Origin: Gemmatimonadota bacterium
Lineage (GTDB): Bacteria > Gemmatimonadota > Gemmatimonadetes > Gemmatimonadales > Gemmatimonadaceae
NCBI GenBank assembly: GCA_034716715.1
Contig: JAYEKC010000026.1
Coordinates: 5,279-69,278 of the forward strand
Direction: 5' to 3'
Length of the DNA stretch: 64,000 nucleotides
Positions within the stretch are counted from its first letter, which is position 1, and every line of letters starts with the position of its first letter. The notes under the pieces were generated by a model. That model searched no databases. It worked only from the letters and a program-made list of their open reading frames with translations, and was not told the origin of the DNA. The translations under genes were made by a program, and so were the position numbers. Positions 62,901 through 64,000 of the stretch are shown piece after piece.

Positions 62901-62920
62901 CACTTGTTTGCAAACACGTG
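62901..62920. promoter_or_regulatory. 20-bp near-perfect palindrome (perfect 12-bp core TGTTTGCAAACA), candidate operator
   Basis: cacttgtttgcaaacacgtg, read directly, with one mismatch across the 10+10 arms. It lies 96 nt upstream of the DUF2268-like gene, in a locally AT-richer stretch. Confidence 0.35.
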
Positions 62921-63015
62921 GCGGCCTACCTTTTCGCCCGACCGCCGTCGCGTCCCGCCAGAAGGTTGGCCTCGCCAAGCCGGCCGCACCTTCCATTCAC
63001 GCCGCAGACGACTCG

Positions 63016-63951
63016 ATGCTCATCAACCTGCTGCCCGATTTCTTCGCGGTGCTGCAGAGCGCCGAGCCCGAGGCCGCATATCGCCGGTATCTGGAGGCGC
63101 ATCGTCCGCTGCTCGATGCGTACTGGCACAACTACGTCATCGAGCCCGTCGGACCGCAGTTTGATGAAGTTGTCCGGGACGTCGTGCGCGCCGACCGGGA
63201 CGATCTTCGCGCCATGCTCGCGAGGACCGATGTCGTTACGCTGGCCCGCGAGACGATCCTTCGGTGCCGGACGCTCCTGCAGATGGACGCGGACGTGGAC
63301 GTCGTGCTGATGGTGGGCGTTGGCGCCGCCAATGCCGGCGAGTTGGTCGTGAACGGCCGGGCTGCCGCCTTTGCGTGCCTCGAACACTTCACGAGCGTGG
63401 CCACTCCATCCACGAGGAGCCTCGGCCTCGACCCCGAGCTGCTTCCCATGTGGCTCGCGCACGAGCTGGCCCACGGCGTGAGGTACACCTCGCCCGACAG
63501 CCGAAGCGAGCTTCGCGACATCGTGGCGGCGTCCGGCGGCTATTACTCCTACTGGGATACCGGCCGTCGTGCCACCCTCCGCGAGCACCTCGTCAACGAA
63601 GGCCTCGCCGTGCACGCGGCGCGCCAGTTGAGCCCGGGCCACGCAACGTGGGAGTACTACGGCTACGAGCGCCGGCAGTTCGCCCGCGTCAGGGAGCTCG
63701 AGGGCGTGCTGGTGCGGGCCGTTGCGGACGATCTCGACCGTGCCGGGCTGGGGTTGCGGTTGCGGTACCTCTCGGGCGGCATGAGCGATGCCGCGCGCAC
63801 GGTGCACCGGTACGTGCTCCCGGAGCGCTGCGGCTATTACGTCGGTGCCCGCATGGTGGAGGCGGCGGTCGCGGAGATGGGGCTGGCTCGTGCCCTCCGG
63901 GCGTCGGCAGCCGAGCTCACCGCCGTTTCCAGCGCGGCGCGCACCGCCTGA
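63016..63951 (+). CDS. DUF2268-like predicted Zn-dependent protease
   Basis: Trimmed to ATG 63016. WLAHELAHGVRY (HExxH) followed by NEGLAVHAA. The layout matches my memory of DUF2268. Confidence 0.6.
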   Translation: MLINLLPDFFAVLQSAEPEAAYRRYLEAHRPLLDAYWHNYVIEPVGPQFDEVVRDVVRADRDDLRAMLARTDVVTLARETILRCRTLLQMDADVDVVLMVGVGAANAGELVVNGRAAAFACLEHFTSVATPSTRSLGLDPELLPMWLAHELAHGVRYTSPDSRSELRDIVAASGGYYSYWDTGRRATLREHLVNEGLAVHAARQLSPGHATWEYYGYERRQFARVRELEGVLVRAVADDLDRAGLGLRLRYLSGGMSDAARTVHRYVLPERCGYYVGARMVEAAVAEMGLARALRASAAELTAVSSAARTA

Positions 63952-63956
63952 CGGGC

Positions 63957-64000
63957 TTACTTGCCGACACAAAACGTCGAGAAGACCCTCGTCAGGACGT
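63957..64000 (-). CDS. mnmE: tRNA modification GTPase MnmE, extreme C-terminus (the gene starts beyond the window end)
   Basis: The reverse strand ends ...VLTRVFSTFCVGK-TAA. The terminal FC(I/V)GK motif is characteristic of MnmE/TrmE. Only 13 codons are visible. Confidence 0.55.
   Translation of the reverse strand, partial: VLTRVFSTFCVGK

Overview
GC-rich bacterial chromosomal segment. Third codon positions are almost uniformly G/C, and long Arg/Gly/Pro-rich shadow ORFs occur on every strand. I call 58 protein-coding genes (two truncated by the window edges) and one tRNA-Phe(GAA). I see no rRNA, CRISPR array, transposase or integrase. The protein families (TPR Ser/Thr kinase, VPS10/BNR Asp-box protein, many exported peptidases) remind me of Gemmatimonadota or Acidobacteriota, but that is inference only. 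Gene order, left to right: (1) CzcC/CzcB-type efflux genes, an OmpR-type two-component system and a PepSY protein. (2) A Ser/Thr kinase run with two unknown exported proteins. (3) M20, tandem-M42 and M14 peptidases, and a CHAD-CYTH/VOC pair. (4) A beta-barrel plus Tyr/Gly-rich protein operon. (5) ettA, ccdA and a tlpA-like gene. (6) A D-aminoacylase/PAP2/PAP2/2H-phosphoesterase operon, divergent from a GNAT/N-succinylamino-acid racemase/M20 deacylase operon. (7) cls, fabI, and the VPS10/BNR protein. (8) A three-gene HD-GYP operon. (9) tkt, an MFS transporter, and an HExxH-peptidase/ATP-grasp pair. (10) tRNA-Phe and pheA. (11) A roughly 10-kb single-strand run: ECF sigma, anti-sigma, holA, SPOR, mutS, CBS, ddl, QueE-like, rhomboid-like, queF. 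(12) NUDIX, a beta-CASP hydrolase, upp, DUF2268 and the end of mnmE. Packing is extreme: 16 co-directional pairs share a 4-nt ATGA/GTGA/TTGA start-stop overlap, and 4 of 12 convergent pairs share a CTAG double stop. No single obviously novel system stands out. The best leads are: a cysteine-less QueE-like gene and a Ser-to-Ala rhomboid homolog sitting side by side in the queF operon; the split HD-GYP operon; the D-aminoacylase/PAP2/PAP2/2H operon; the HExxH/ATP-grasp pair; a beta-barrel plus Tyr/Gly-rich protein operon behind a G10 tract; recurrent Gly/Arg repeats in three unrelated exported hydrolases; a sharply bounded rare-codon island in the tlpA-like gene; and an AT-rich island upstream of the ECF sigma gene. 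All family assignments come from by-eye motif recognition and none was checked against a database.
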